DNA of 64,000 nt from a virus. Lineage: Duplodnaviria; Caudoviricetes. Positions 1-9,163 of the stretch are shown piece after piece (within the stretch, counting starts at the first letter, position 1; each line of letters opens with the position of its first letter). The stretch is taken from IMG/VR virus record IMGVR_UViG_3300037067_015496, positions 7,629 to 71,628 of that record; one strand, 5' to 3'. The translations under genes and the position numbers were made by a program. A model generated the notes under the pieces. It ran no database searches, was not told the origin of the DNA, and was given only the letters and a program-made list of their open reading frames with translations.

Positions 1-495
1 GCTGGTTTTATTATAACTATTATGACTATTCTAGGTGCATTCTTGGGCTTTATGCTCACTAATACTAAAGACAATATTAATGCTAATACTACGTCTATTA
101 GTCAGGTGAGCGATAGACTTAATGCTCGTGCCTATAGTGATGGTGAAACTAGTCAGTGGCACCGTACTGTTGATGGGTCTTTAACAGAATTAAATAAAAA
201 TTTACAACGTGAAATGCTACTAATTAATGATACTACTACGGCAAAAGTTGCTAACTTAGATGATAAATTACAGAGCGAATTTGGCGGTATTAACAAAAGA
301 ATTGAAGACAAAATTACCGATGTTAAACAAGAGACAGATAGATTAAATGACTGGAAAAATTCAGTACAAACCAATAGATGGACTAAAGAAGACCAACAGC
401 ATTTTGACTCAGCATTACAAGATCAATTAAAAGAACTTAGAACCGTTCTATATCATCATATAGAGGTAGATGCCCCAAAAACATCTAAAGAATAG
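1..495 (+). CDS. Membrane-anchored coiled-coil hypothetical protein, 5'-truncated by the window edge
   Basis: Frame is open from base 1 (AGFIITI precedes the Met at 22). Hydrophobic N-terminal segment followed by a heptad-like polar helix. Confidence 0.6.
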   Translation, partial: AGFIITIMTILGAFLGFMLTNTKDNINANTTSISQVSDRLNARAYSDGETSQWHRTVDGSLTELNKNLQREMLLINDTTTAKVANLDDKLQSEFGGINKRIEDKITDVKQETDRLNDWKNSVQTNRWTKEDQQHFDSALQDQLKELRTVLYHHIEVDAPKTSKE

Positions 496-1155
496 ATGCA
501 AAAAATAGTATATATTAATTATGCTGATGCTTATGAGCTATTTGCAGAAGGTGATGTATTATTATTTCGTGGGCAAAAATTTTATTCTAAATTTATTCAA
601 GCTGGTACAGCTAGTCCATATACTCATGTGGGCGTTGCCTCTAAGCCAAACGGATTGTGGGAAGTGGTATTTTTCCACGGGAAAACTGGCGGGGCTACTC
701 AAAATATAGCACAAGTATGTAAAGATGAGGGTCCAGTAATAGATATTTATCGCCCCACATCACATCAAGATCGATCTTATTTCATTCCACAGACCGGCGA
801 AGTTTATTCTTTTAGTACACCATTTAATGGTAAAGCAGTAACTAATATAATGCGTAAAATGACTGGATTGCCTTATGGATGGAGGCGAATTTGGTGGATT
901 TTTAAATATAAATTATTTTTACATAATTTTTTATTTTCCCATAATGATTTTATTCTTGACGATGAAGTAAAAGATATTGTATATCCAATCTGTAGCTCGA
1001 CAGTAGCCTATGCCTTTAATAGATATGGCATAGACCTAATTAAAAATAAAGGCGATAATTGGACTACCCCCGCCGATCTTGCCCTTTCGCCCAATTTAAA
1101 TTATCTCTTTACTATAAAATTTAATCCAGAAACCGATCAAAAATTTCTCAAATAA
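496..1155 (+). CDS. Permuted papain-like NlpC/P60 amidase (YiiX/YaeF-like)
   Basis: EGDVLLFRG, then His motif YTHVGV, with the Cys motif ICSSTVAYAF near the C-terminus. His-before-Cys is the permuted order. Confidence 0.75.
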   Translation: MQKIVYINYADAYELFAEGDVLLFRGQKFYSKFIQAGTASPYTHVGVASKPNGLWEVVFFHGKTGGATQNIAQVCKDEGPVIDIYRPTSHQDRSYFIPQTGEVYSFSTPFNGKAVTNIMRKMTGLPYGWRRIWWIFKYKLFLHNFLFSHNDFILDDEVKDIVYPICSSTVAYAFNRYGIDLIKNKGDNWTTPADLALSPNLNYLFTIKFNPETDQKFLK

Positions 1156-1156
1156 C

Positions 1157-1185
1157 TTGACAAACACACTTCAGGAAGGTATAAT
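1157..1185 (+). promoter_or_regulatory. Consensus sigma70-type promoter
   Basis: TTGACA (1157-1162), 17 bp spacer, TATAAT (1180-1185). Confidence 0.65.
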
Positions 1186-1186
1186 A

Positions 1187-1543
1187 ATGTTAGAGCAGGT
1201 ACAAGAATCTTTACAAAATAATTATGCCAAAGTTACAGGTTTAGACAAAAGGACAATTGATCCACTAACCATTATGCTTTTAATGAGTCTATTGTTAGAA
1301 GCATTTAAAATGATTCAGGAATGTAAAAAAACACGCCGTCCACAAGATATTTGTCAGAGACCATCAATGGCTGATAGATTTAAGCTTAGGCGGCTAATTC
1401 GTGAACATAACACAGAGAAGAAAACAGGATTTCAATTTGCCCATCGACTATTAATTGAAAAGGCATTATTAGAAGAAGGAAAAAATATAGATGACGGAAA
1501 ATTTAAAACAATCACAGAAGAAATCTCCAAGGCAAGTAGCTAA
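1187..1543 (+). CDS. Hypothetical protein with a central hydrophobic helix
   Basis: ORF track gives 1157 (TTG). ATG at 1187 follows AGGAAGG by 7 nt. Contains IDPLTIMLLMSLLLEAF. Confidence 0.6.
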   Translation: MLEQVQESLQNNYAKVTGLDKRTIDPLTIMLLMSLLLEAFKMIQECKKTRRPQDICQRPSMADRFKLRRLIREHNTEKKTGFQFAHRLLIEKALLEEGKNIDDGKFKTITEEISKASS

Positions 1544-2021
1544 GCGTGATGAAAAATATATGAGTCTTGCATTTTGTATAGCTTATTTATTTTCTAAAGA
1601 CCCAGATACTCAAGTGGGTGCAGTTCTTGTTGGGCCAAACAATATGCCTCGCGGATGGGGCTTTAATGGACCGCCACGTAATATAAATGATGACGATGTA
1701 AATTGGAACCGCCCCTTTAAATATAGTAAGATAATTCACGCAGAAATTAATGCTATTAGACATTCTTTTTTATCTGCTGGAGAAGACCTGGGCAACGCAA
1801 CGATGTATGTGACAGCACCACCTTGTGAAAAATGCATGTTGGAAATGGCAATGTGGGGGATTGGAAAGGTTGTCTACTTTGCATCCACTCCTAAAGAAGG
1901 ATCGTCCATTAATAAAGAATCTTTTGAAAAAGTGCAAGAAATAGCCATTATGTCAAAAATAAAATTAGAAAAATTTACAGGAAAATTAAAAAATGTTTTA
2001 ACGGACAATGACTCATCCTAA
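1491..2021 (+). CDS. dCMP deaminase
   Basis: SKDPDTQVGAV, GFNG, HAEINAI and PCEKC zinc/catalytic motifs. Confidence 0.92.
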   Translation: MTENLKQSQKKSPRQVAKRDEKYMSLAFCIAYLFSKDPDTQVGAVLVGPNNMPRGWGFNGPPRNINDDDVNWNRPFKYSKIIHAEINAIRHSFLSAGEDLGNATMYVTAPPCEKCMLEMAMWGIGKVVYFASTPKEGSSINKESFEKVQEIAIMSKIKLEKFTGKLKNVLTDNDSS

Positions 2022-2032
2022 TGGTGTATAAT
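2022..2032 (+). promoter_or_regulatory. Repeated phage promoter-like motif TGGTGTATAAT (copy 1)
   Basis: Exact 11-mer also at 5504(+), 51682(-) and 61921(-), each intergenic and co-oriented with downstream genes. Confidence 0.55.
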
Positions 2033-2039
2033 ATAATGT

Positions 2040-2165
2040 CGCACACGCGAAAATGAAGCAATTAAAGAACTATGTTTTTATCTAATTTAGATACATAAAC
2101 TAGCAAAGTGACACAAGCTTCATCTTAACCCCTAAAGTTATATATAAATAGTGTCACTTAAAAAA
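2040..2165 (+). ncRNA. Candidate structured intergenic RNA
   Basis: Sits between the promoter motif and a terminator. ATGAAGC 2053-2059 pairs with GCTTCAT 2117-2123; AAGTGACAC 2106-2114 pairs with GTGTCACTT 2151-2159 (crossing helices); inner hairpin at 2071-2097. Confidence 0.35.
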
Positions 2166-2169
2166 TTAT

Positions 2170-2199
2170 AGCCGCCGATGAAAATTGGCGGTTTTTTTA
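2170..2199 (+). terminator. Intrinsic terminator
   Basis: AGCCGCCGAT-GAAA-ATTGGCGGTT stem with GNRA loop followed by a T run. Confidence 0.85.
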
Positions 2200-2245
2200 T
2201 CGCTTTTATTTTTTCTTCAAATTTTGATATATATAAGGAGCTACA

Positions 2246-2458
2246 ATGTTTGAAATGACACTTAGTGTACGTGATTCCCAAGGACAGCCCACCAATATGA
2301 AAAAATCTATTCAGTGCGAAAAAGCATACGACTTGTGGAAATTCTATGTGCAAAACACAGCAATGGCTGATTATCATAAACATAAGGGGCGTGCTGCTAC
2401 AGCTAAAGAGGCTTCTGTTATTGTTAAAGAAATGAATAAATCCATAGAGAAAAATTAA
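2246..2458 (+). CDS. Small hypothetical protein
   Basis: 70 aa ORF with AAGGAG Shine-Dalgarno upstream. Confidence 0.7.
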   Translation: MFEMTLSVRDSQGQPTNMKKSIQCEKAYDLWKFYVQNTAMADYHKHKGRAATAKEASVIVKEMNKSIEKN

Positions 2459-2526
2459 TTTGAACCTTTCTATGTTTGTTGTTCAAATGGTGTCGGCAAA
2501 TCTTAATTATATATAGTGGAACATCA

Positions 2527-5436
2527 ATGTATAGCTATGACGAATGTTTAAGGGCTAGTGTAGATTATTTTGATGGCAATGACTTAGGGGCTTCTGCATG
2601 GGTAGATAAATATGCCCTAAAAAATAAGGAAAACCAATTAGTAGAAAAAACACCAGCCGATATGCATAAACGCATGGCTAGGGAATTTGCCCGTATTGAA
2701 AAAAATAAATTTAAAAATCCACTGACAGAAGATCAATTATTTCGTCTGTTTGATAAATTCAAAAGATTAATTCCACAGGGCGGAATGATGTATGGATTGG
2801 GCAATCCTTATCAAATAGTCAGTCTTGGTAACTGTTATATCTTAGCAATGCCTGGAGATAGTTATGCAAGTATATCTTATTTAGATGCTCAAATTGCCCA
2901 AATTAGTTGTCGTCGTGGTGGTTGTGGGTGGAATATGTCTCCGCTAAGGCCTAAAGGATTAAGTGTACAAAATGCCGCTAAATCTACTAGCGGTGCAGTA
3001 AGTTTTATGCCTCGTTATTCTCATACTATTCAAGAGGTATGCACTAGTGGCAGAAGGGGAGCAAGCCTTCAGGCTATGCATGTTAATCATCCAGAAATAA
3101 TGGATTTTATTACAGTGAAACGCAATAAAGATGCTGTTACCGGGTCTAATATTTCTGTACAGTTTACAGATGAATTTATGCACAATGTTATCAAGAATAA
3201 GAACCATTTATTAAAGTGGCCTATTGATGCAGAAGGTGTAGATGTTAAAATTCAGGAAGAAGTAGCAGCTAGTGATGTTTGGAAAGAGTTTATTATTGGA
3301 GCACGAGACTTTGCTGAACCAGGAGTACAATTTATTGATACTGTACATAGAGAGAGTACATGTTATCACTATGGAAAACAGTTTAGAGAAATAGCATCAA
3401 ATCCATGTTGCATATCTGGAGATACTCTTATAACTACAGAGAGTGGATATGTTACCATTAAAGAACTTTATGAAAGAGCACAAAAGAATATTGCTAATAT
3501 CAATAATCTACATGTAGTAAGTTTTAATGTGAATACACAGCAAATGGAATGGAAACCTATATTAAATGTATGGCAAAAAAGACATGATAAAACGGTTACA
3601 CTGAATATTTCTATAGATGAAGATGCTTATAGTAGTGTCGAGTGTTCAGCAGATCATAAATTCTATACTAAAAATAGAGGATATGTACGAGCAGATCAAC
3701 TTACTAAAGATGACATTATTGTAAGAATAAATAAGAATCACAATATTAACAGTCCAGATAATTCTATAATATATATAAGTAATGGTAAACTATTAGATAT
3801 TACCTATCACGATATTATTAAACCACTCTATGATATAGAAGTGCAAGACAATCATAATTTTGTAGCTAATGACATATTGATTAAAAATTCTGAGCAAATG
3901 GGGCCAGCTTATTTATCCTGTAGATTGTTTGCTATTAACTTACTTACTTATGTTAAACATCCTTATACTAAAGATGCAGTATTTGATTATCAGTCGTTTT
4001 ATTCTGATTGTAAACTACTTCAACGTATTGCGGACGATTCTGTAGACCTAGAACTAGAATGTATTGATAAAATTATAGCTAAAATAGAATCTGATCCAGA
4101 GCCTAAAGAAGTAAAACAAGTTGCATTAGACCTGTGGGATAATATTAAAAAAATGGCTATATTAGACCGCCGAACAGGATGCGGATTTACTGCACTTGGA
4201 GATACACTAGCTGCACTGGGAATGGAATATAGTGCTGATGAATCTCTTAAAGAAGCTGAAAAAATTCAACAATATATGAAATGGGCATGTTATGAGTCAT
4301 CTGTAGATATGGCAGAGGAAATTGGGGCATTTTCATTATACGATCCAGAAATCGATATTAAGTCGGCTTTTATACAACGTCTTAGAGATGATAATCCAGA
4401 ATTATATGAACGTATGACAAAATTTGGTCGGCGTAATATGGTGCTACTTACTCTAGCCCCAACTGGTACGGTGTCATGTTTAACTAATACCACATCTGGC
4501 ATAGAGCCTGTCTTTAAATACGAATATATTAGGCGTAAGAAAATCATTCCTGGAGATAAAAACTTTAGAGTAGACTTTACAGATAATCATGGAGATACAT
4601 GGCAACATTTTAATGTCCTTCATAAAGGACTACAGGATTGGTTAGCAGTCAATCCGGGCAAAACAGCACAAGACAGCCCATATGCACATTCACAAGCTAA
4701 TGACATACCCTGGCAATCTCGCATAGCAATGCAAGCCGCCCTACAAAAACATATTGACAATTCTATATCTATCACTATTAATTTACCTAGCGATGTGTCT
4801 TATGAAATAGTTGGAGAGATATATAAAACGGCATGGCAGTCTGGGTGTAAGGGATGTACAGTATATAGAGAAGGATGTAGAGATGGTGTTTTAATAGATA
4901 AAAACTCTATTCATAAAGAATTTCCAGAAAAACGCCCACGAGAAGTAGATTGTGATGTTCACCACGTTTCTGTTAAGGGGCAGCAATATTTTGTTGCCGT
5001 CGGTAAAATCGGTGGTGAAATTTATGAAATATTTGTTGGTCGTAATGGGGTAATACCACACGGAGTTAAAACTGGTAAAATTATTAGGAAACGTAAGGGA
5101 TTTTATCAACTATTATGCTATAACGACAAAGAAGACGAAATATTACTATCGCCAATTACAGCCTTTGGTAATGATATAGATCAGGTTATTTCACGCCTAA
5201 TTTCTTCCTTGCTAAGAAATAAAGTGTCCATTAATGATATTATCACACAATTAGAAAAGGTCGGTGATATTAGTGGAGATTTTAATAGTATAGGCAAAAT
5301 CCTCTGCCGAACACTAAAAAAATATATTAAGGATGGCACTATTATTGTGGGCGAAACATGCCCAACATGCGGTGGGCAGCTTGTTAGACAAGAGGGATGT
5401 GCTAGTTGCCCGTGTGGATATAGTAAGTGTAGTTAA
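2527..5436 (+). CDS. nrdJ: Class II (adenosylcobalamin-dependent) ribonucleotide reductase with a mini-intein and a C-terminal TSCPD/zinc-ribbon region
   Basis: YVDKYAL-like start region, GNCYIL, RRGASL, NPC..SEQ after splicing, APTGTVS, DNSISITINL, KGCTVYREGCR, C-terminal CPTCGG...CGYSKC. No ATP cone. ATG at 2527 preferred over the track's 2476. Confidence 0.9.
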   Translation: MYSYDECLRASVDYFDGNDLGASAWVDKYALKNKENQLVEKTPADMHKRMAREFARIEKNKFKNPLTEDQLFRLFDKFKRLIPQGGMMYGLGNPYQIVSLGNCYILAMPGDSYASISYLDAQIAQISCRRGGCGWNMSPLRPKGLSVQNAAKSTSGAVSFMPRYSHTIQEVCTSGRRGASLQAMHVNHPEIMDFITVKRNKDAVTGSNISVQFTDEFMHNVIKNKNHLLKWPIDAEGVDVKIQEEVAASDVWKEFIIGARDFAEPGVQFIDTVHRESTCYHYGKQFREIASNPCCISGDTLITTESGYVTIKELYERAQKNIANINNLHVVSFNVNTQQMEWKPILNVWQKRHDKTVTLNISIDEDAYSSVECSADHKFYTKNRGYVRADQLTKDDIIVRINKNHNINSPDNSIIYISNGKLLDITYHDIIKPLYDIEVQDNHNFVANDILIKNSEQMGPAYLSCRLFAINLLTYVKHPYTKDAVFDYQSFYSDCKLLQRIADDSVDLELECIDKIIAKIESDPEPKEVKQVALDLWDNIKKMAILDRRTGCGFTALGDTLAALGMEYSADESLKEAEKIQQYMKWACYESSVDMAEEIGAFSLYDPEIDIKSAFIQRLRDDNPELYERMTKFGRRNMVLLTLAPTGTVSCLTNTTSGIEPVFKYEYIRRKKIIPGDKNFRVDFTDNHGDTWQHFNVLHKGLQDWLAVNPGKTAQDSPYAHSQANDIPWQSRIAMQAALQKHIDNSISITINLPSDVSYEIVGEIYKTAWQSGCKGCTVYREGCRDGVLIDKNSIHKEFPEKRPREVDCDVHHVSVKGQQYFVAVGKIGGEIYEIFVGRNGVIPHGVKTGKIIRKRKGFYQLLCYNDKEDEILLSPITAFGNDIDQVISRLISSLLRNKVSINDIITQLEKVGDISGDFNSIGKILCRTLKKYIKDGTIIVGETCPTCGGQLVRQEGCASCPCGYSKCS
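3409..3888 (+). mobile_element. Mini-intein (160 aa, no endonuclease) in NrdJ
   Basis: Block A CISGDTLITT, block B CSADHKFYT, block F YDIEVQDNHNFVAN, ends KN with Ser at +1. Confidence 0.92.
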
Positions 5437-5442
5437 ATTCTC

Positions 5443-5470
5443 TTGACTTTTATGATTTTTAGGCTATAAT
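5443..5470 (+). promoter_or_regulatory. Sigma70-type promoter
   Basis: TTGACT (5443-5448), 16 bp spacer, TATAAT (5465-5470), intergenic. Confidence 0.6.
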
Positions 5471-5503
5471 TATATAGGATGTCTTTTTTATTCAATTGAA
5501 AGT

Positions 5504-5514
5504 TGGTGTATAAT
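5504..5514 (+). promoter_or_regulatory. Repeated phage promoter-like motif TGGTGTATAAT (copy 2)
   Basis: Exact motif 4 nt before the ATG at 5519. Confidence 0.55.
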
Positions 5515-5518
5515 ATAA

Positions 5519-5893
5519 ATGCCCACATATACCTTCCATTGTAATCCAGCAAATAATGGCTGCGACCACCAATTTGAACTATATATTTCATACTCTGAAT
5601 ATGACCAAAAAGTGTCCACTATCCGATGCCCAAAATGTGAACAACTCCTACCTGTTGAAAGAATTATAGATTCACCACATATTTTTGTGCCTAAAACCGT
5701 TGGCTACTTCTGCGATCAAAACAGCGATAAATATAGCTTAGATCATAAAGAGCACTTGAAACATGAACATTATAAATATCGCACAGAGGGAGAGGAGAAA
5801 GAGTTGCCCAATAATATGCAAAGAATGAAGAAGATAGATACAAAACAACGTAAAAAAGACCCAAGAAAAGTAAAGAAAGCTAAAAATGGCTAA
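5519..5893 (+). CDS. FmdB-like zinc-ribbon protein
   Basis: MPTYTFHC...C...CPKC pattern. Confidence 0.75.
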   Translation: MPTYTFHCNPANNGCDHQFELYISYSEYDQKVSTIRCPKCEQLLPVERIIDSPHIFVPKTVGYFCDQNSDKYSLDHKEHLKHEHYKYRTEGEEKELPNNMQRMKKIDTKQRKKDPRKVKKAKNG

Positions 5894-6371
5894 AAAACAA
5901 GAAAGTATGAGAGTAAGAGAAGCCGATATTAATAAGGCTATTTTTCGACCTAAAGGAGAAAATCCCAAAGTAGAAATATTAGAAGGGGATATTACTTATA
6001 CACTTTTTGGAAAACACGACGAATTGATAGATGATTATCCTACTTTATGGGATGCCGACAATGGTAAGATAATTATTTTAGCACATGAGCGAGAGGAAGC
6101 CTGTGCTAGAAAGGCAATAACCGCCAATAGAATTCGCTATTATATTAAACGTGATAATAGTGGTAAATTATTCAACCCTCTGGCTATTACGGGCAATACA
6201 AATCACCAAAAAGATAAAAAGCGTACTACTACTAGCAATAGGGCTGATGGAACAGTAATACAAAGTGGTCGTTTTGTAGAAGTCAATAAAAATATTTTTT
6301 CAATGTACTTAAAATTCTTGAGAACAAAAAATCAGGCATGGTTACTTAACGCAGAAAGGGAACGTATATGA
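5886..6371 (+). CDS. Hypothetical protein
   Basis: 161 aa ORF overlapping both neighbours in an operon-like manner. Confidence 0.7.
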   Translation: MAKKQESMRVREADINKAIFRPKGENPKVEILEGDITYTLFGKHDELIDDYPTLWDADNGKIIILAHEREEACARKAITANRIRYYIKRDNSGKLFNPLAITGNTNHQKDKKRTTTSNRADGTVIQSGRFVEVNKNIFSMYLKFLRTKNQAWLLNAERERI

Positions 6372-6763
6372 AAACGGGTAAATTGACTAATATAGAAAAG
6401 TTCGCTATACAGTATATGTTAAACAATGATAGTGCACTAGATGATATTTGTAGAGAACTAGATAGGAGCAAGACGGCTATTAATAAATATATTGAAAATG
6501 AACTTCAAAATATTACAAAAACCATAGATAAAATAGCTAAGTCTGGTGCCGTAAAAATTAAGAAAGAGGAAAAACCTAATATATCTCATATGATGACCTC
6601 ACCAAACTCTAAGACTAAGAACACAAGACCAGTTATAATGACAGAAGCAGCATCTGCAAGAACTGATGAAAGTGCCAAACGATATAAACGTAAGGTTTCG
6701 CGTAGTGCTAGGGGAAATTTATTCACCACTAAAACATGCGAACCCATTGGAGATGAAGAGTAG
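6368..6763 (+). CDS. Hypothetical protein, possible N-terminal HTH
   Basis: ATGA overlap with the upstream gene. LDDICRELDRSKTAINKYI resembles a helix-turn-helix. Confidence 0.6.
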   Translation: MKTGKLTNIEKFAIQYMLNNDSALDDICRELDRSKTAINKYIENELQNITKTIDKIAKSGAVKIKKEEKPNISHMMTSPNSKTKNTRPVIMTEAASARTDESAKRYKRKVSRSARGNLFTTKTCEPIGDEE

Positions 6764-7188
6764 TGGCAACGACACAAACAGAAAAATCTAGGTATCCATC
6801 AAGATATAGTCCACAAGCCTATGTCACGGCGGCTCAATATATAATAGAACTAATCTGTGAAAAAAAAGCCTCCCAAGCACGTAAGGAATTGCCCATTAAA
6901 TTTTGGGATTTGCCCGAATGGAGAACTTTTTTTGTTTCACAATTAAGAAAGTGCCACATCCTTCTTAAAAAATATGGGGAGGGGGCAGTTATAGCTGCTT
7001 TAAAGGGCGATAGGTGTAAAAATATAAATTCACTTTTCGCCCCTTGGTTAGAAGATATTATTAAAGATCAAAAAGAAATGCTTGATGCTAAGATAGAAAA
7101 ATCTACCGAAGTGCTTGAGCGTAAAAGCACCATGTCTAAACCCCGTCAGGTTAAATTAGATAAAAGATTGGAAGGCTTAGATGGCTAA
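6763..7188 (+). CDS. Hypothetical protein
   Basis: 141 aa ORF abutting both neighbours. Confidence 0.65.
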   Translation: MATTQTEKSRYPSRYSPQAYVTAAQYIIELICEKKASQARKELPIKFWDLPEWRTFFVSQLRKCHILLKKYGEGAVIAALKGDRCKNINSLFAPWLEDIIKDQKEMLDAKIEKSTEVLERKSTMSKPRQVKLDKRLEGLDG

Positions 7189-8287
7189 GAAAAAAGAGGA
7201 TGTCACAGAAGAGATAATAGATGCCAAAACTAAAAAGGGCAAAGACAAGGCATTGAGTTTAGAGGCATTTATTACTAAGGAATTTGGTGATAATGTTATG
7301 GTGGGTGGCAACCACATAGTAGATAAAAAACTTGTGATTATTCCCGTTAGTCCCAGTATAGATATTTTGCTGAGCGGGGGCATTAATACGGGCACCTTTG
7401 TGGTTATTTCTGGCAAACCCAAGCTTGGTAAAACCACTATGGCTTTACAGTTTGCCGCCAATGCCCAAAACATTAAATACAAAGATGAATTTAATCCTAA
7501 TGGGCGGACCATATATTACAGTAATGTAGAAGCCCGCATCAAACCGCGTGATCTAAGCGGTATACATAACTTAGATACAAGTGAAGATAGATTTAAGATT
7601 ATACAATCCACTCCAGGAAAAATTTTAACTGGAGAAGATCATCTTAATATTGCCGAATATATTATTAATACTAAGCCCGGAAGTATTATTATTATAGATT
7701 CATTTTCTGCTATGTGTACTGCTGCTGGATTTGCGGCTAATTTAGAAGATCAGGTAAGAGATGATTCTACTAGATTATTGGGGCGGTTTTGTAGACGTAA
7801 TGCTACGGCAATTTCATTAAATAACTGTGTAGTAATTGGAATTGTGCATGTCATTGCTAATCAAGAGGGTGGCCCAATGTCGCCCAAATGGGTAGAAGCT
7901 TCTGGCAATAAAATACAATATCAAGCTGATGTTAAATTAAAGGGTGATTATTTTCAGGCATGGAAAGATGGTGAGGTGCAAATAGGTCAAGATGTACATT
8001 GGAGTTGTGGATGTTCTTCATTAGGCTCGCCCGGTGGTAAGTGTGTGTCTAAATTAAGATATGGTTATGGATTAGATAAAGAATTTGAAGTAATTGAGTT
8101 AGCTATCGATCTAGGACTTATTAAACAGGGAGGGGCATGGTACACTATTAATCACGATTATAAAGGTTTCAAAGACCAAAAGGTACAAGGTAAAGAAAGT
8201 CTAAGAACTATCTTAGTCAATAATCCAGACTTATATGTAGACTTATATGCTAAAGTTAGAGAAATGTTAGGGTTGCAACCAGTATGA
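7181..8287 (+). CDS. recA: RecA/UvsX-like recombinase
   Basis: SIDILLSGG, Walker A GKPKLGKTT, Walker B IIIDS, C-terminal LGLIKQGGAWY. Confidence 0.85.
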   Translation: MAKKKEDVTEEIIDAKTKKGKDKALSLEAFITKEFGDNVMVGGNHIVDKKLVIIPVSPSIDILLSGGINTGTFVVISGKPKLGKTTMALQFAANAQNIKYKDEFNPNGRTIYYSNVEARIKPRDLSGIHNLDTSEDRFKIIQSTPGKILTGEDHLNIAEYIINTKPGSIIIIDSFSAMCTAAGFAANLEDQVRDDSTRLLGRFCRRNATAISLNNCVVIGIVHVIANQEGGPMSPKWVEASGNKIQYQADVKLKGDYFQAWKDGEVQIGQDVHWSCGCSSLGSPGGKCVSKLRYGYGLDKEFEVIELAIDLGLIKQGGAWYTINHDYKGFKDQKVQGKESLRTILVNNPDLYVDLYAKVREMLGLQPV

Positions 8288-8691
8288 GGTGTATCGATTT
8301 AGACAATAATACGATTAATTGGAAAATAGGCGGAAATTCTATCCACGGTTCTAAAAAAACTGCTAAGTCAACCTATCATTTAACGGCACGTAAACTATTA
8401 CAAGAGATATACCCAACTATTTTGGTTTATGAAGAAGTAACTATTCCAATACGCAATCGTGAGGTGGCTTATTTAGATTTTTATATACCTATGTTAAATA
8501 TGTGTATAGAAGTTAATGGTGAGCAGCACTTCAAATATGTGCCATTTTTTCATAAGTCTATTGGAGGTTTTGTAGCACAAAAACGTAAAGATAATGAAAA
8601 ATCTTTATGGTGTGAGCAAAACAATATTCAAATCATCAACTTAAATTATTCGGAGACAATAGATGAGTGGCGAAGTAAACTCACAAGCTAA
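8284..8691 (+). CDS. Vsr/DUF559-like PD-(D/E)XK endonuclease
   Basis: EE...LDFYIP...CIEVNGEQH...KDNEK pattern. Confidence 0.75.
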   Translation: MRCIDLDNNTINWKIGGNSIHGSKKTAKSTYHLTARKLLQEIYPTILVYEEVTIPIRNREVAYLDFYIPMLNMCIEVNGEQHFKYVPFFHKSIGGFVAQKRKDNEKSLWCEQNNIQIINLNYSETIDEWRSKLTS

Positions 8692-9163
8692 AGAAAAGAT
8701 GTCTTTTACAGATAAATTATTAGATGACTATGAATTAACTAGTAAACTACCACCATTAAGTCCGCCCGGAGATGATGAAGAATTACAAAGCTATCTCAAT
8801 ATGGATCGTGAATCCATAGAAAAACTCACGCCCAAACAGTCTATATCCATAGCATATAGATTGGGTTCGTTTTCGGTCTATTTTCAGCGTTTGTACAATA
8901 GGGAAAAATCTCGTGTTACATGGGCAGAAACCGAATTGCATAAATCCGTAGCTGCTGTTATTAACGACTATGACAAGTTTATGAAGTTTGATGTTAAGGT
9001 AGCAGTAATAGCTAGAGAAAACACCTATGTTTCATCCGTCATGGACATATTAAGATATGCTAAACAAAGAACGGATCGCCTAGAATATGTGGCTTCTTCA
9101 TTAAAGAGCTTAGAGAATACACTACTTAATAACGCAAGATTAAAGGAGAATAATAATGAGTGA
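8663..9163 (+). CDS. Helical protein, possibly a UvsY-like recombination mediator
   Basis: All-helical 166 aa ORF next to the recA-like gene. The function is inferred from context only. Confidence 0.4.
   Translation: MSGEVNSQAKEKMSFTDKLLDDYELTSKLPPLSPPGDDEELQSYLNMDRESIEKLTPKQSISIAYRLGSFSVYFQRLYNREKSRVTWAETELHKSVAAVINDYDKFMKFDVKVAVIARENTYVSSVMDILRYAKQRTDRLEYVASSLKSLENTLLNNARLKENNNE

Noticed and set aside
2504-2519. NrdR box-like sequence TAATTATATATAGTGG upstream of nrdJ
   Set aside because: Partial match only, lacking the conserved C, with no tandem partner at the usual spacing. Similar TATATAG strings occur at unrelated promoters in this AT-rich genome.
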